A DNA stretch of 64,000 bases, taken from contig JBHLME010000003.1 of NCBI GenBank assembly GCA_048938445.1, positions 1 through 64,000 on the forward strand, read 5' to 3'. The notes below the pieces were generated by a model that was not told the origin of the DNA, ran no database searches, and saw nothing but the letters and a program-made list of their open reading frames with translations. Below, piece after piece: positions 11,501-20,699 of this stretch (position 1 is its first letter; each line of letters starts with the position of its first letter). Position numbers and translations under genes: made by a program. The DNA comes from Promethearchaeota archaeon. Its GTDB lineage: Archaea > Asgardarchaeota > Lokiarchaeia > Sigyniarchaeales > SOKP01.

Positions 11501-12201
11501 ATCAAGATGAGGAAGGAAATTTTATTGATTACATTTCAAGCACTCAAGGCTCATCAGTTAGTTTTAACATATTTACAAGTGATATTGAGGATAACAGCGA
11601 AAATATTAGGGTTAGTGTAAATCTTGTAATATGTTTTATCGATAATGGATTCATTATTCCAATAGAACCTAGCAGTTATGAAGTAATGGAATTATCATAT
11701 AGTAATGGACAACATTCGGGTTCCTTTATCATTCCAACTACAATGGAATATAATTCTATAGAAGGAACAAAAATGATTTCTACAGTTGCGACTTATTATG
11801 ATGGATATATTGGATTATTCATCCTAACAATTTTCGATAGTGAAGGTGGAACAGATGATTTTTATCTTTTAGTTGCAATAAATCCTGAAGTTTCAAACCT
11901 CTTACCGTTAATTATCTTTATAGTTATATTTAGCGTGATTGGAGGGATTATTATATTCCTTTTCATCAGATCGAGAATGGCTTCTAGGCACGTTATCCAA
12001 TCTCGTTATGATCAAGACTATCATCGACCTTCTCCAGATGAAGAATATGAAACTGAGAGCGATTATTATTCAGAAAGGATATCTTCTCAAGAACAAGGAG
12101 CATTTCAAGGGAGTGGATATTTCTGCCCTGTTTGTGGAAAACATGTTGATGTTCCGAAGAAATTCTGTCCTCATTGTGGACAATCTGTTACATTTGAGTG
12201 A
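8563..12201 (+). CDS. membrane-anchored S8 subtilase with GIFT (GldG/IFT52-like) domain, Ig-like region, TM and cytoplasmic zinc ribbon (Site-1-protease-like architecture)
   Basis: Signal peptide; triad VAILDTG, HGTHVAG, SGTSMS; oxyanion AGNSG; YDLVVL..P..PYS..E...L..Y...GG.ILFLG and GKVVAFGD; C-terminal TM; CPVCG/CPHCG. Confidence 0.9.
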   Translation: MKRVKNKKNAFYFSAILISIIITPIIGHYSQINSKNLGNQNNVIGLIDKNSIALIKDNLNNTHSDMFIPEISPKTATLDSNNFDNWWLEAIGATNLAYDGNGVTVAILDTGIFPSTDYNVIDNIWFLDGATGTTNTGDEYGHGTHVAGIVGGNGGGSTGKYRGVAPGVSLINVKIANQTGGISQEDVVNAIQWCKSQDVDIISMSFGYSYPNVYDDITQALSDATDQGIICVASAGNSGPEYFTGGSPAVGIDVISVGATDKNDELASFSSIGPTTLDFAFPDVVAPGVDIISVEAHESLLSEIMRYIGDVFDYTGSADYIPLSGTSMSCPMVAGALAILLEAYPYLTPETARIALMEGATRLKDDNDAYYLKSGAGLINVSASLKFLESISGDINNTGKILPEFLPIKPYDLLHFPGDHQKFNLTILSGKDNTYALELPIISGVTLSLEHYNIYFNEAGVNFTTLDIMIDLNATPGLRSFSINLINNGYLNDSIDLTLDIRLPEHRILMESYHGLNDFFPEFSFYQMGFYEAMNVITELNISIDYLMEYWTPDYNKSTDNSILTEERLSQYDLVVLQNPILPYSPLEMNNLIDYFNNGGNILFLGTLYQHLCIENINDLFSRLGTGIEINEENIRIENWLGLGASVTGQNAVVNAAHPIFNSVNTFYWYYGSSISCSDSANSIASINGKTVTAAYNGSDVGKGKVVAFGDLHWMYDKFTLSTNVQDHTRLLKNIMEYYFPEDTVPYSININIPSEAVSNPILNISIYVKNQTSESPIQSSLLTSSNLNVVLDNGSKVIPIIMNSFSNGVAFNDTIDLSAYFDTSSILFTIKVNFTVGSITYNKTVKFLYFDQSDMPEINSFKTSVNELNKGNYINLNSTLSHTNCDVDGFMSIYTYSYYNRKQTINRTLSFENNTLKYSNRTQILNSDPSGYGIVYLIANSSNNYINSRSPRIVFKILNYYPKIINSTSTCNGNSIISYQDEEGNFIDYISSTQGSSVSFNIFTSDIEDNSENIRVSVNLVICFIDNGFIIPIEPSSYEVMELSYSNGQHSGSFIIPTTMEYNSIEGTKMISTVATYYDGYIGLFILTIFDSEGGTDDFYLLVAINPEVSNLLPLIIFIVIFSVIGGIIIFLFIRSRMASRHVIQSRYDQDYHRPSPDEEYETESDYYSERISSQEQGAFQGSGYFCPVCGKHVDVPKKFCPHCGQSVTFE

Positions 12202-12215
12202 AATGTAATAAACAA

Positions 12216-12917
12216 TTACAAGATCAAAACTTTCCCATCTTTTTGTCCAATATATGCTTTTGAAGCCATTTCTATGAAGAAACCTGTATCAACAACTCCA
12301 GGAATAGATAGAATCCTCTCATTGAGTTTTTTTGGATTGTCAATTATGCCAAAATCGACATCTATGATGAAATTGCCATTATCTGAAACTAAAGGACCTG
12401 CTTTTGCTTTTGCCATCCTAAGCTTGGGTTTTCCACCCATTTTTTCAAATTTTTTCATTAATGGAACATAAGCTATTGGTATTACTTCAATTGGAACTCC
12501 TTTTTTCCAATTTTCACCCAATTTTTTTGAATTCTTACGAAAATCGGCAATAATAATTAATTTTTTCGAATTTGAAGCAATAATTTTTTCTTGAACTAAA
12601 CATCCTCCACCGCCTTTAATTAAATTGAGATTCTCATCAATCTCATCTGCACCATCAATATCTAAATCTATTTCAGGATATTGATCTAACGAGACAAGAT
12701 TTAATTTATTTTCATTAATTAATTGGTAGGATTGAAAGGAGGTCGGAATGCATTTAAGATTTAAGTTATTTTCACGATTCATTTCTGCTATTTTTTCTAC
12801 AGCATAAACTACGGTAGATCCACTCCCAATTCCTAATACCATACCTGACTTGACATTATCTTCAACAGCTTTTATAGCTGCGTTCTTTTTACCTAACTCT
12901 ATTAGATCTTCACTCAA
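12216..12917 (-). CDS. rpiA: ribose-5-phosphate isomerase A
   Basis: LGIGSGSTV, DGADEID, LIKGGGG, EKIIA, DNGNFIID. Confidence 0.97.
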   Translation of the reverse strand: MSEDLIELGKKNAAIKAVEDNVKSGMVLGIGSGSTVVYAVEKIAEMNRENNLNLKCIPTSFQSYQLINENKLNLVSLDQYPEIDLDIDGADEIDENLNLIKGGGGCLVQEKIIASNSKKLIIIADFRKNSKKLGENWKKGVPIEVIPIAYVPLMKKFEKMGGKPKLRMAKAKAGPLVSDNGNFIIDVDFGIIDNPKKLNERILSIPGVVDTGFFIEMASKAYIGQKDGKVLIL

Positions 12918-12940
12918 CTATATCACATCTATTTAAATTA

Positions 12941-13342
12941 TTATAATAAATTTAAGATTCTAATTGCTAAATATGCCGCATTTTCACCTCTATCAATGCC
13001 AACGCACGCAACTGGAACTCTTGGAGGCATTTGAACAATTGATAAGAGAGCATCTAATCCACCTAACTTGGTACTTACTGGCACTCCAATAACTGGTTTA
13101 TCTGTTTTTGATGCAATCACTCCAGGCAATGCTGCAGAAAGCCCTGCGACTGCGATATACACTTTTGCCTCACAAGATTTAATGTATTCATCTAATTTTT
13201 CTGGATCTCTATGCGCTGACAGAATCTTTAATTCGTAAGGGATGTTCTTTTCTTTCAACACTTTTTCAGTTTTTTCATAGACCGCGTTATCAGAATTACT
13301 CCCAGTAATTACTGCTACTAAAATTTTTTCCTTACTACTCAT
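12941..13342 (-). CDS. purE: N5-CAIR mutase / AIR carboxylase
   Basis: [37 protein letters not shown]. Confidence 0.95.
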   Translation of the reverse strand: MSSKEKILVAVITGSNSDNAVYEKTEKVLKEKNIPYELKILSAHRDPEKLDEYIKSCEAKVYIAVAGLSAALPGVIASKTDKPVIGVPVSTKLGGLDALLSIVQMPPRVPVACVGIDRGENAAYLAIRILNLL

Positions 13343-13574
13343 GATTAAATAAAATCATGGAAGTATATTAAGGATTGACAGTTTTTTTTAATAATTCACT
13401 AATAGAATTAAAAAAGTATGTTTTTCATAACAATAAATGATAGATGTTTATGATATTCGAAATCTCGTGATCAAATAATCACTTCAAATTATCAAAAACT
13501 TAAATTACATGACATGTTTACCTTCTTAATCACTAATTATAAAAAGTATATTTTAAGATAGGTTGAAAAATAAA

Positions 13575-14891
13575 ATGGTACAATTAAATGAAGTTTGGCT
13601 TGTTGATTATACTCGTACCGCCTTCTCCCGTTCGAGACCTGGGGCTCCAGAAAGAGATGTGTTTGGAGGATGGCGGGGTGATGAATTGGTTGGAAAGTTA
13701 CTTCAAGAATTTTTTGCTCAAAAATTAGAACCAAAAGGAATCAAAAAAGAAGATTTAGATCAATTCATTATTGGCACGGCTCTTCCAGTAGGAGAAAATT
13801 GGACATATGGTGGTAAATTACCAGGATTCTTAGGGGGTCTTCCAGTCGAAATTCCTTCTTATCAAGTAGAAAGACAGTGTGGAAGTGCAGGTCAAGCAAT
13901 GATGAACGGAATTATGGAAGTCATGACCGGATATAGTGATATTGTTCTATGTTCTGGATTTGAGCACATGACCCGTGTTGGAATGAATGTCAAGTTCAAT
14001 CCACATATGATTCCTAACTTAAATCTTGGAAATAAAAAGAGTGAATGGTATCGAGAAGATGTTGATATCATGACAACATTACAAATGTTGAGCACGGCAC
14101 AGAAGTTATATGAGCAAAATATTGGAACAGCAGCAGAAGTTTCTAAAGAAGACATGGATAAATTAGGTGTTAGAGCCCATAATCTTACCGTTGATAACTA
14201 TGAATGGTTAAAAAAGGAGATCATTCCAATTGAGGGTTATGAAGATGGAAATCCTGAAAATAAGATGATCATAGATAGGGATATGGCTGCTCGTAAATCT
14301 GATTTGGAAACTGTTGCAGGTTTGAGAAGACTTTCAAAACCTTTCTTCTTGAAGAAAAACATTGAAGGAAAAGATATTGGTGGAAGAGAAGCTTATGTAG
14401 AACGAGAAGGAACTAAAGAAGGAGTCATAACCGCGGGAAATTCCTCTCCTTTAAATGCTGGAGCTACAGCTTGCGTGTTAATGAATGCTGAAGAAGCAAA
14501 AAAGAGAGGTTTAGAACCTATGGCAATTGTTAGGTCAATTGGGTGGGCTGCTGTAGACCCAACCGTTATGGGTCGTGGACCAGTTCCTGCTTCAGAAATG
14601 GCCTTAAAACATGCAGGTTTAACTGCTGATGATATAGCTTTCTGGGAAATAAATGAAGCATTCTGTATTGTAGCGCTTAACTGCATGAAAGCATTTGATA
14701 TACCTGAGGAAAAAGTTAATATTATGGGCGGATCAACTGCTATCGGTCATCCATTAGGTGCCACCATGATTCGATTACCTGGTACTTTAGCAAGAATCTT
14801 AAAAGATAAGAACGCAAAGTATGGAATCGCAAACGCTTGTGTGGGAGGAGGCCAAGGGGTCGCGATCCTCCTTGAAAATCCTGACGCATAA
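13575..14891 (+). CDS. acetyl-CoA C-acyltransferase (thiolase)
   Basis: ERQCGSA (Cys), NEAF, GHPLGAT, CVGGGQG; ATG 13575 or TTG 13563. Confidence 0.95.
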   Translation: MVQLNEVWLVDYTRTAFSRSRPGAPERDVFGGWRGDELVGKLLQEFFAQKLEPKGIKKEDLDQFIIGTALPVGENWTYGGKLPGFLGGLPVEIPSYQVERQCGSAGQAMMNGIMEVMTGYSDIVLCSGFEHMTRVGMNVKFNPHMIPNLNLGNKKSEWYREDVDIMTTLQMLSTAQKLYEQNIGTAAEVSKEDMDKLGVRAHNLTVDNYEWLKKEIIPIEGYEDGNPENKMIIDRDMAARKSDLETVAGLRRLSKPFFLKKNIEGKDIGGREAYVEREGTKEGVITAGNSSPLNAGATACVLMNAEEAKKRGLEPMAIVRSIGWAAVDPTVMGRGPVPASEMALKHAGLTADDIAFWEINEAFCIVALNCMKAFDIPEEKVNIMGGSTAIGHPLGATMIRLPGTLARILKDKNAKYGIANACVGGGQGVAILLENPDA

Positions 14892-14909
14892 TGAATCTGT
14901 TGAATTCAT

Positions 14910-14946
14910 TCAAGAATTACTAAATTTCATTCTTGATTTTTTTTTA
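14910..14946 (+). terminator. hairpin plus poly-T between convergent genes
   Basis: TCAAGAAT...ATTCTTGA inverted repeat followed by a run of T's just after the thiolase stop. Confidence 0.45.
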
Positions 14947-14966
14947 TTTTAAAATTTTTAATTTTA

Positions 14967-15758
14967 TTAAATATTAGCATCATTAATTAAAGAGTTTATT
15001 AGTTCCGGTAAAGTATTTTTATTAATTACTAAGAAATCACCATCAATTTCAAATTGATATTTTTTGCACCAATTAATAATCATATCTATATCATTTTCTT
15101 TTAAATTAAGGATTTCTTGAAGCAAACTTATTCGAACTCTTTTGGATGCCTCTAAAATATCCTTTAATTTATTTTTATCGATTTTAGGTTCAGATGTAGA
15201 AAGTTTTAAAAAGTTAATTTGTTTTTTTACGTCTGCTTTAGCATGTAAAGCATATAAAAAATCAGGATCTATTTCTAATGCCTTTCTATAGTATTTTAAG
15301 GCTTCATATAAATCTCCTATTGTTTCGTGAACTAAACCAATATTATAATAAGGATATTTATAATCTGGTTTAAGTTCGATAGCCTTTGAGAAATATGTTA
15401 AAGCATTTTCCATTTTTTCCATGTAAAAAAAAGCAATTCCTTTATTATATATTGCTTTATGATTAAGTGGTTCTTTTTCAAGAATTTTGTCAAAAATCTC
15501 AACAGCTTTTTCATATCCTTCTATATATTGATCGTTAAGATAATAACCATATTCAAATAATAATTCAATGTAAAACTCTCTAACTTTTTTATTTTCGGGT
15601 TCTTTTATCATTAAATCTTCGCAAATTTTTATTGCTTCTTCAAATTTTTCCTCCTTTTTAAGAGCTTTAGCATTTTTTAGTAAGTCTTCAGTTCCAGTCA
15701 ATAAAGGCACTAGATTTTTTTTATTTATTAATTGAATCATATAAATGAAAAATAGCAA
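14967..15758 (-). CDS. TPR protein with C-terminal winged-helix-like domain
   Basis: TPR consensus (AIYNKGIAFF..A..YFSKAIELKPD; YYNIGLV..A..YYRKALEIDP); true start probably ~20 codons downstream. Confidence 0.85.
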   Translation of the reverse strand: MLFFIYMIQLINKKNLVPLLTGTEDLLKNAKALKKEEKFEEAIKICEDLMIKEPENKKVREFYIELLFEYGYYLNDQYIEGYEKAVEIFDKILEKEPLNHKAIYNKGIAFFYMEKMENALTYFSKAIELKPDYKYPYYNIGLVHETIGDLYEALKYYRKALEIDPDFLYALHAKADVKKQINFLKLSTSEPKIDKNKLKDILEASKRVRISLLQEILNLKENDIDMIINWCKKYQFEIDGDFLVINKNTLPELINSLINDANI

Positions 15759-15886
15759 AAGAAGTTATTGAAATGTCATTTCTTATCTTTACGTTCGAAA
15801 TATTTAAATAAACGATAATAACAACTATTGTTACTACATAAATGTAAGATACTAAAGATAAGATCAATGTATAAAAAAATAAAGGA

Positions 15887-16102
15887 ATGATTATAATGCC
15901 CGTATATAAAAGTATTGAACTTGTAGGAACATCTGATAAAAATTGGGCTGAAGCGGTAAAGGCTGCGTATGATGAAGCAAAAAAAACATTAAGAGGAATA
16001 CGAAATATCGAAATTTTAATGTCAGATGTTAAAGTCAAGGAAGATATTGATAAACTTGTTTATAGAGTTAGAGTTAGGTTAAATTTCGAATTAGAAAAAT
16101 AA
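15887..16102 (+). CDS. dodecin family flavin-binding protein
   Basis: VYKSIELVGTS..W.EAV..A..A.KTLRGI...YRV.V.L.F. Confidence 0.92.
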   Translation: MIIMPVYKSIELVGTSDKNWAEAVKAAYDEAKKTLRGIRNIEILMSDVKVKEDIDKLVYRVRVRLNFELEK

Positions 16103-16255
16103 ATATCAAATTCAAATTTTATTTTTTATATCATAATTTTTTTTATTTATTTCTCATTTTAAGAGAAATAGGTGGAATTTTACAAAATTCAATATATTTA
16201 TTTATGATTAGATGTATAATATGAATAATCCTCTCAAAATAAACACCAAATTATC

Positions 16256-16372
16256 ATGGATATTATTATAGACCTCATTGTAGAGAATTGGCTCTATATA
16301 GTTGGTGCAGTTGTAGTTATTATAATATTAATAGTGTGTTATTCGATACACAATAGACTTGCGAAAGCTTGA
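16256..16372 (+). CDS. small single-pass membrane protein (38 aa, below the ORF-track cutoff)
   Basis: MDIIIDLIVENWLYIVGAVVVIIILIVCYSIHNRLAKA*: one TM helix followed by basic residues, in an otherwise empty intergenic gap. Confidence 0.55.
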   Translation: MDIIIDLIVENWLYIVGAVVVIIILIVCYSIHNRLAKA

Positions 16373-16468
16373 AAGTGAGATTTTTAAAATATTTATTTCT
16401 AAAGAGAGACTATATAAATAAATCCAAATTCTAAAAAGAATTCATTAATAATAGGAAAAATTAAGTGT

Positions 16469-16951
16469 TTAATTTTCGTACCAGAAGAAATTAGACTTTT
16501 TTTGATTAAGTTTTAGAAGGAGACTTCTCATATTTGAGTCTTTATCAGGACATCTATAATAGAATTTATCCGTCTTTAAAGCCCTACCTACATATTTCTG
16601 TAATTCTTCAAGAATAAGATTTTCTATTCCTTTTTTAAATGAGTCTTCCTTTCTTGTCATTACTTGATGAATTAGAGCATGTTTGTTTCCTAAATAATCA
16701 ATAAAAACTGTAAACGTCCCAAAACCTACAAGTTTTCCATTTTCTTTAGCGGTAATCATTGAATTGCGATATTGAAGATCAAGGACTCTCAAGTTCAATT
16801 CCCTTTCAAATTGTTCTTTAGGAACTGGAAAATACGAGATATTATTGTTAAAATCATCAAATAATTCTTTTAATGCTTCTTTATCCTCTCTTGGATCGTA
16901 TCTACCAATTTCTATCATATCATTACCTTGAATTAAAAATATATTATACAT
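16469..16951 (-). CDS. GNAT-fold protein (degenerate)
   Basis: AKENGKLVGF, IHQVMT..E..KKGI...L resemble GNAT motif A. Confidence 0.65.
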   Translation of the reverse strand: MYNIFLIQGNDMIEIGRYDPREDKEALKELFDDFNNNISYFPVPKEQFERELNLRVLDLQYRNSMITAKENGKLVGFGTFTVFIDYLGNKHALIHQVMTRKEDSFKKGIENLILEELQKYVGRALKTDKFYYRCPDKDSNMRSLLLKLNQKKSNFFWYEN

Positions 16952-17045
16952 TTTAATGATTCATTAATAAAAATTCTTTTTTAGTTTTTATTATAATACC
17001 ATTTACCAATAATATTATGAATTATAATCAGAAGGAAGTGATAAC

Positions 17046-17534
17046 ATGAAAATTCCATTTAAATCTTTAAGAGAAGGGGTTACTCCTTTAAAACAATCAA
17101 AACCTGGTGATGCTGGTTCAGACGCTCGTATAATGGGTTTTAAAAAAATAATTAAAGAAAATGGGAAAAAAGAATTAGTGGAAATTAAATCAGATACCTA
17201 TATTCTTAAACCCCTTGAACGCATTGGCTGCCCTCTAGGGTTTGCAACTGCAATACCCGAAGGTTATTATTTTAAGGTAGTACCGAGAAGCGGTTTAGCA
17301 TTATGGGATGGTATTTCCATAGTTAATGCTCCCGGAACTATTGATTCGGGTTATAGAAATGAATGGATGGCAATAGTAGTAAATTTATCTAACAAGGATG
17401 TTACCTTGAAAATCGGAGAACGTATATGCCAGATCATCCTTGGGAAAATGCATGATTATGAATTCGTTGATGTAGATGAGTTATCTGAATCTGAACGTGG
17501 ATTAGGTGGTTTTGGATCAACGGGAAAAAAGTAA
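17046..17534 (+). CDS. dut: trimeric dUTPase
   Basis: AGSD, PRSGLA, PGTIDSGYR, GERICQ, RGLGGFGSTG. Confidence 0.97.
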   Translation: MKIPFKSLREGVTPLKQSKPGDAGSDARIMGFKKIIKENGKKELVEIKSDTYILKPLERIGCPLGFATAIPEGYYFKVVPRSGLALWDGISIVNAPGTIDSGYRNEWMAIVVNLSNKDVTLKIGERICQIILGKMHDYEFVDVDELSESERGLGGFGSTGKK

Positions 17535-17544
17535 TAATCTCAAT

Positions 17545-18078
17545 TTAAGTAATATCAATCTCTTTATGCTTCAAAATTTCTCGAACTAATAATTCAAATG
17601 ATTTATTCACATTTTCTCCAGTTTTTGATGATACTTTTAAATAATGAGGGCAATTAATCTCTTTCTGAACTTTAATTGCTTTTTCATCATTATAAGTCTG
17701 ATTTTCCAATAAATCCAGCTTTCCTCCAAGTAGTATGCAAGGAAGAGTTGGATCATGTCTTCTAACTATATTAGTCCATTGTCCTAAATTAAATAATGTG
17801 TTGTCTCTTGTTAAATCAAACATTAATAATGCGCCACTTGCACCATCTACAAATCTATCTAATAAAAATCGAAAATGATCTTGTCCACCTAGATCCCATA
17901 TAATTAATTCACATTTAAGACTATCCTCTATTTCGACGACCTTTTGATGGATTTCCACGCCAATGGACATTTTAGTATGTAAATCAAAAGTATTATCTAT
18001 ATATCTTTTTAATAGCGTGGTTTTTCCAACGCCGCCATCTCCAGCTACAATGACCTTGAATAAGGCTTTTCGTTTCAT
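17545..18078 (-). CDS. Rab-like small GTPase
   Basis: GDGGVGKTT, IGVE, WDLGGQ, GKLD, SSKTG. Confidence 0.93.
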   Translation of the reverse strand: MKRKALFKVIVAGDGGVGKTTLLKRYIDNTFDLHTKMSIGVEIHQKVVEIEDSLKCELIIWDLGGQDHFRFLLDRFVDGASGALLMFDLTRDNTLFNLGQWTNIVRRHDPTLPCILLGGKLDLLENQTYNDEKAIKVQKEINCPHYLKVSSKTGENVNKSFELLVREILKHKEIDIT

Positions 18079-18246
18079 TTTTGATAATCTTCTTAAACGT
18101 TATAATAATCTTTTTAATAATTAAAATAATAAAATTCAACAATTAAATATCTAACTTTTTTAGCTAATAAAATAAAGTTCAAATTTTTATCTTAATTTCT
18201 TTATTCATTATAATATAATTTGTACTTAATTTAAATAAGGGTTACT

Positions 18247-19743
18247 ATTATTACTGATATAAATCGTGCTCATTTTTTAGATGAGATACTTAATCCAAAA
18301 AGCATATGCGTGTTTGGAGCTAATAACAACCTCATTACTACTATGGGTTCAATGCAATTTCAGAATATCATCCAAGGTAAGTTTGAAGGAGAATTATATC
18401 CAATACATCCCAAATTAGAAAACGTACAGGGTTATAAAGCATATAAATCTGTGTTAGATTTACCAAAAGTTCCTGATTTAGCATTTATTATATTACCTCC
18501 TAAAATTGTTCCCAAAGTCATGGAAGAATGTGGACAAAAAGGAATAAAATATTTAATCATAACATCAGGTGGATTTCGAGAAATAGGTACAGAAGGCATT
18601 GAACTTTCGACACAAATTGATGAGATTGCAAAAAAATTTGGAATGAGATTTATTGGTCCCAATTGTCTTGGTGTTTATAATGGATGGTATGGTGCTCCAA
18701 AAGAAAATACTCATTTAAATACAATGTGGATAACAGAAACTCCTGAAAGAGGAAAAGTTTCAATAGCAAGTCAATCAGGAACAATCGCTTGTCATGCTGT
18801 TTGGCATGCTAAAAGAATAGGGTTAAAAATTGGAAAATCAATATCAAACGGAAATGAAAATAATATTGATCTTGTTGATATTTTGGAATATTATAAAGAT
18901 GATCCTCAGACTGATGTAATAGGATTGTATATTGAAGAAATAAAAAGAGGTAAGGATTTTATAAAAGTGGTAAAGCAAATTACACCAAAAAAACCAATTG
19001 TTGCGATTTATGCAGGTGGTTCTGATGCTGCAGCAAGGTCTATTAACAGTCATACAGGATCAATTGGTGGAAATCAGAAAATATTTGATGCCGTCTTTAA
19101 AGAAACGGGTATTATTTCAACAGATTCAATAGTAGACTTTCTTTATTATCTTAGAACTTTTTCTTGGGCTCAAAAAACAGGGATATACCCAAAGGGAAAT
19201 AAAGTTGGCGTTATTACCAATTCTGGAGGTGCTGGTGCGATGATGACAAAGGCATTAGAAACTTATGACCTTATAGTTCCCGAGTTTTCTAAAGAACTCC
19301 AAGATAGATTACATGAAACTCTTCCTTATACAGCCAGTGCATCTAATCCAATTGATGTTACTTTTGATACAGATTTTACAAATCTAATGATAAAATATCC
19401 TATTAAACTAGTGAAATCCAAAGAAGTTGATAGCATTTTAGTATATGCTATATTTGATTTTGGCGAGTTGATGGACTTTATTGACCAACTTGGATATTTA
19501 AAGGATGATAATTTAAAAAATATAAATTCTACAATCGACTCATTTTTAATGAAACCCTTGACTAAACTAATTAAGAAGTTAGGTGTTCCCATTTTTTATT
19601 TAGGACCGCAACCTTATGAAAAGTTCATAAATCAAAAATTTTTATCTTACGATTTGCCTATTTTTGATTTCTGGGATGCCCCAACAAAATGCTTGAGTGT
19701 TTTAGTACAATATATTGAATTTCGGAATAGTATACCCGATTGA
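18247..19743 (+). CDS. ADP-forming acyl-CoA ligase alpha subunit (CoA-binding + ligase-CoA domains)
   Basis: LDEILNPKSICVFGA, GPNCLG, SQSG, SHTGS phospho-His, TNSGG.G, NPID. The conserved N-terminus lies upstream of GTG 18310, implying an ATT start near 18247-18250. Confidence 0.9.
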   Translation: MITDINRAHFLDEILNPKSICVFGANNNLITTMGSMQFQNIIQGKFEGELYPIHPKLENVQGYKAYKSVLDLPKVPDLAFIILPPKIVPKVMEECGQKGIKYLIITSGGFREIGTEGIELSTQIDEIAKKFGMRFIGPNCLGVYNGWYGAPKENTHLNTMWITETPERGKVSIASQSGTIACHAVWHAKRIGLKIGKSISNGNENNIDLVDILEYYKDDPQTDVIGLYIEEIKRGKDFIKVVKQITPKKPIVAIYAGGSDAAARSINSHTGSIGGNQKIFDAVFKETGIISTDSIVDFLYYLRTFSWAQKTGIYPKGNKVGVITNSGGAGAMMTKALETYDLIVPEFSKELQDRLHETLPYTASASNPIDVTFDTDFTNLMIKYPIKLVKSKEVDSILVYAIFDFGELMDFIDQLGYLKDDNLKNINSTIDSFLMKPLTKLIKKLGVPIFYLGPQPYEKFINQKFLSYDLPIFDFWDAPTKCLSVLVQYIEFRNSIPD

Positions 19744-19913
19744 ATTTTTTATTATTTGTGACATTTAATTATGTACTATTTTTTCTTATTACTAACACGA
19801 ACTATCATTTTTTTTTTTTAATTCCGCTAATATGTCCCGAACAATTATTTTTAAAGGAACTTTAAATAATTCAGATTAACTTTTCTATAATAGAAAGAGT
19901 AAAATGTAATTTT

Positions 19914-20699
19914 TTGGAAAAAATGATCCAACCTAAAAATAATTCAAAAAATCAAGATGAACTCAAAAAAGAATTTGAGAAGTTAAAGCGATTAGAAGAA
20001 ATAAGGAAGGAATTCATTGACATTGCTGCTCATGAATTAAAATCACCATTAACTTCTGTTCATGGCGCAGCACAATTATTGAAAAAAATATATAAGGATA
20101 AAATGAAAGATGATCCTAACTTTATGGAACTAATCCAAATCATTAATAACGGTTGCGATCGATTACAGAATTTATCATTAAATCTACTAGATTTCTCTCG
20201 AATGGAATCTAATATAGAGAATTTAAATAAAGAAAACCAAGATCTTGTTGAACTCATCCAAAATTGCGTGAGTTCAATGAAATATTTACTAGAAAAGAAA
20301 AAACAAAGGCTTGAATTAACTCTTCCCAAAAATCTTTATATCATAATCGATAAAGTAAAGATTGAACGAGTGATTATGAATTTACTCTCAAATGCTATTA
20401 AATTTACTCCATTAGAAGGGGAAATTTCAATTAAATTAGAAAGTAACAGGACTTATACAGAATTCTCAATAACGGATACAGGTATCGGAATAGAAATAAA
20501 AAATATAAATAAATTATTTAAAAAATTTAGTAGGATCATCTGTGAAAAGAGAATGAACATAGATCGTGAAGGGACAGGACTTGGATTATACCTTTCAAAG
20601 GGAATAATTGATTTACATGGTGGGAAGATATGGGTTCATTCTAATGGAAAAGATCAAGGGAGTACTTTTTATTTCACCCTACCATTAAATAGCAAGTAA
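19914..20699 (+). CDS. histidine kinase core (HisKA + HATPase), no sensor domain
   Basis: AAHELKSPL, NLLSNAIKFT, DTGIGI, GTGLGL, GSTFYF. Confidence 0.93.
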   Translation: MEKMIQPKNNSKNQDELKKEFEKLKRLEEIRKEFIDIAAHELKSPLTSVHGAAQLLKKIYKDKMKDDPNFMELIQIINNGCDRLQNLSLNLLDFSRMESNIENLNKENQDLVELIQNCVSSMKYLLEKKKQRLELTLPKNLYIIIDKVKIERVIMNLLSNAIKFTPLEGEISIKLESNRTYTEFSITDTGIGIEIKNINKLFKKFSRIICEKRMNIDREGTGLGLYLSKGIIDLHGGKIWVHSNGKDQGSTFYFTLPLNSK

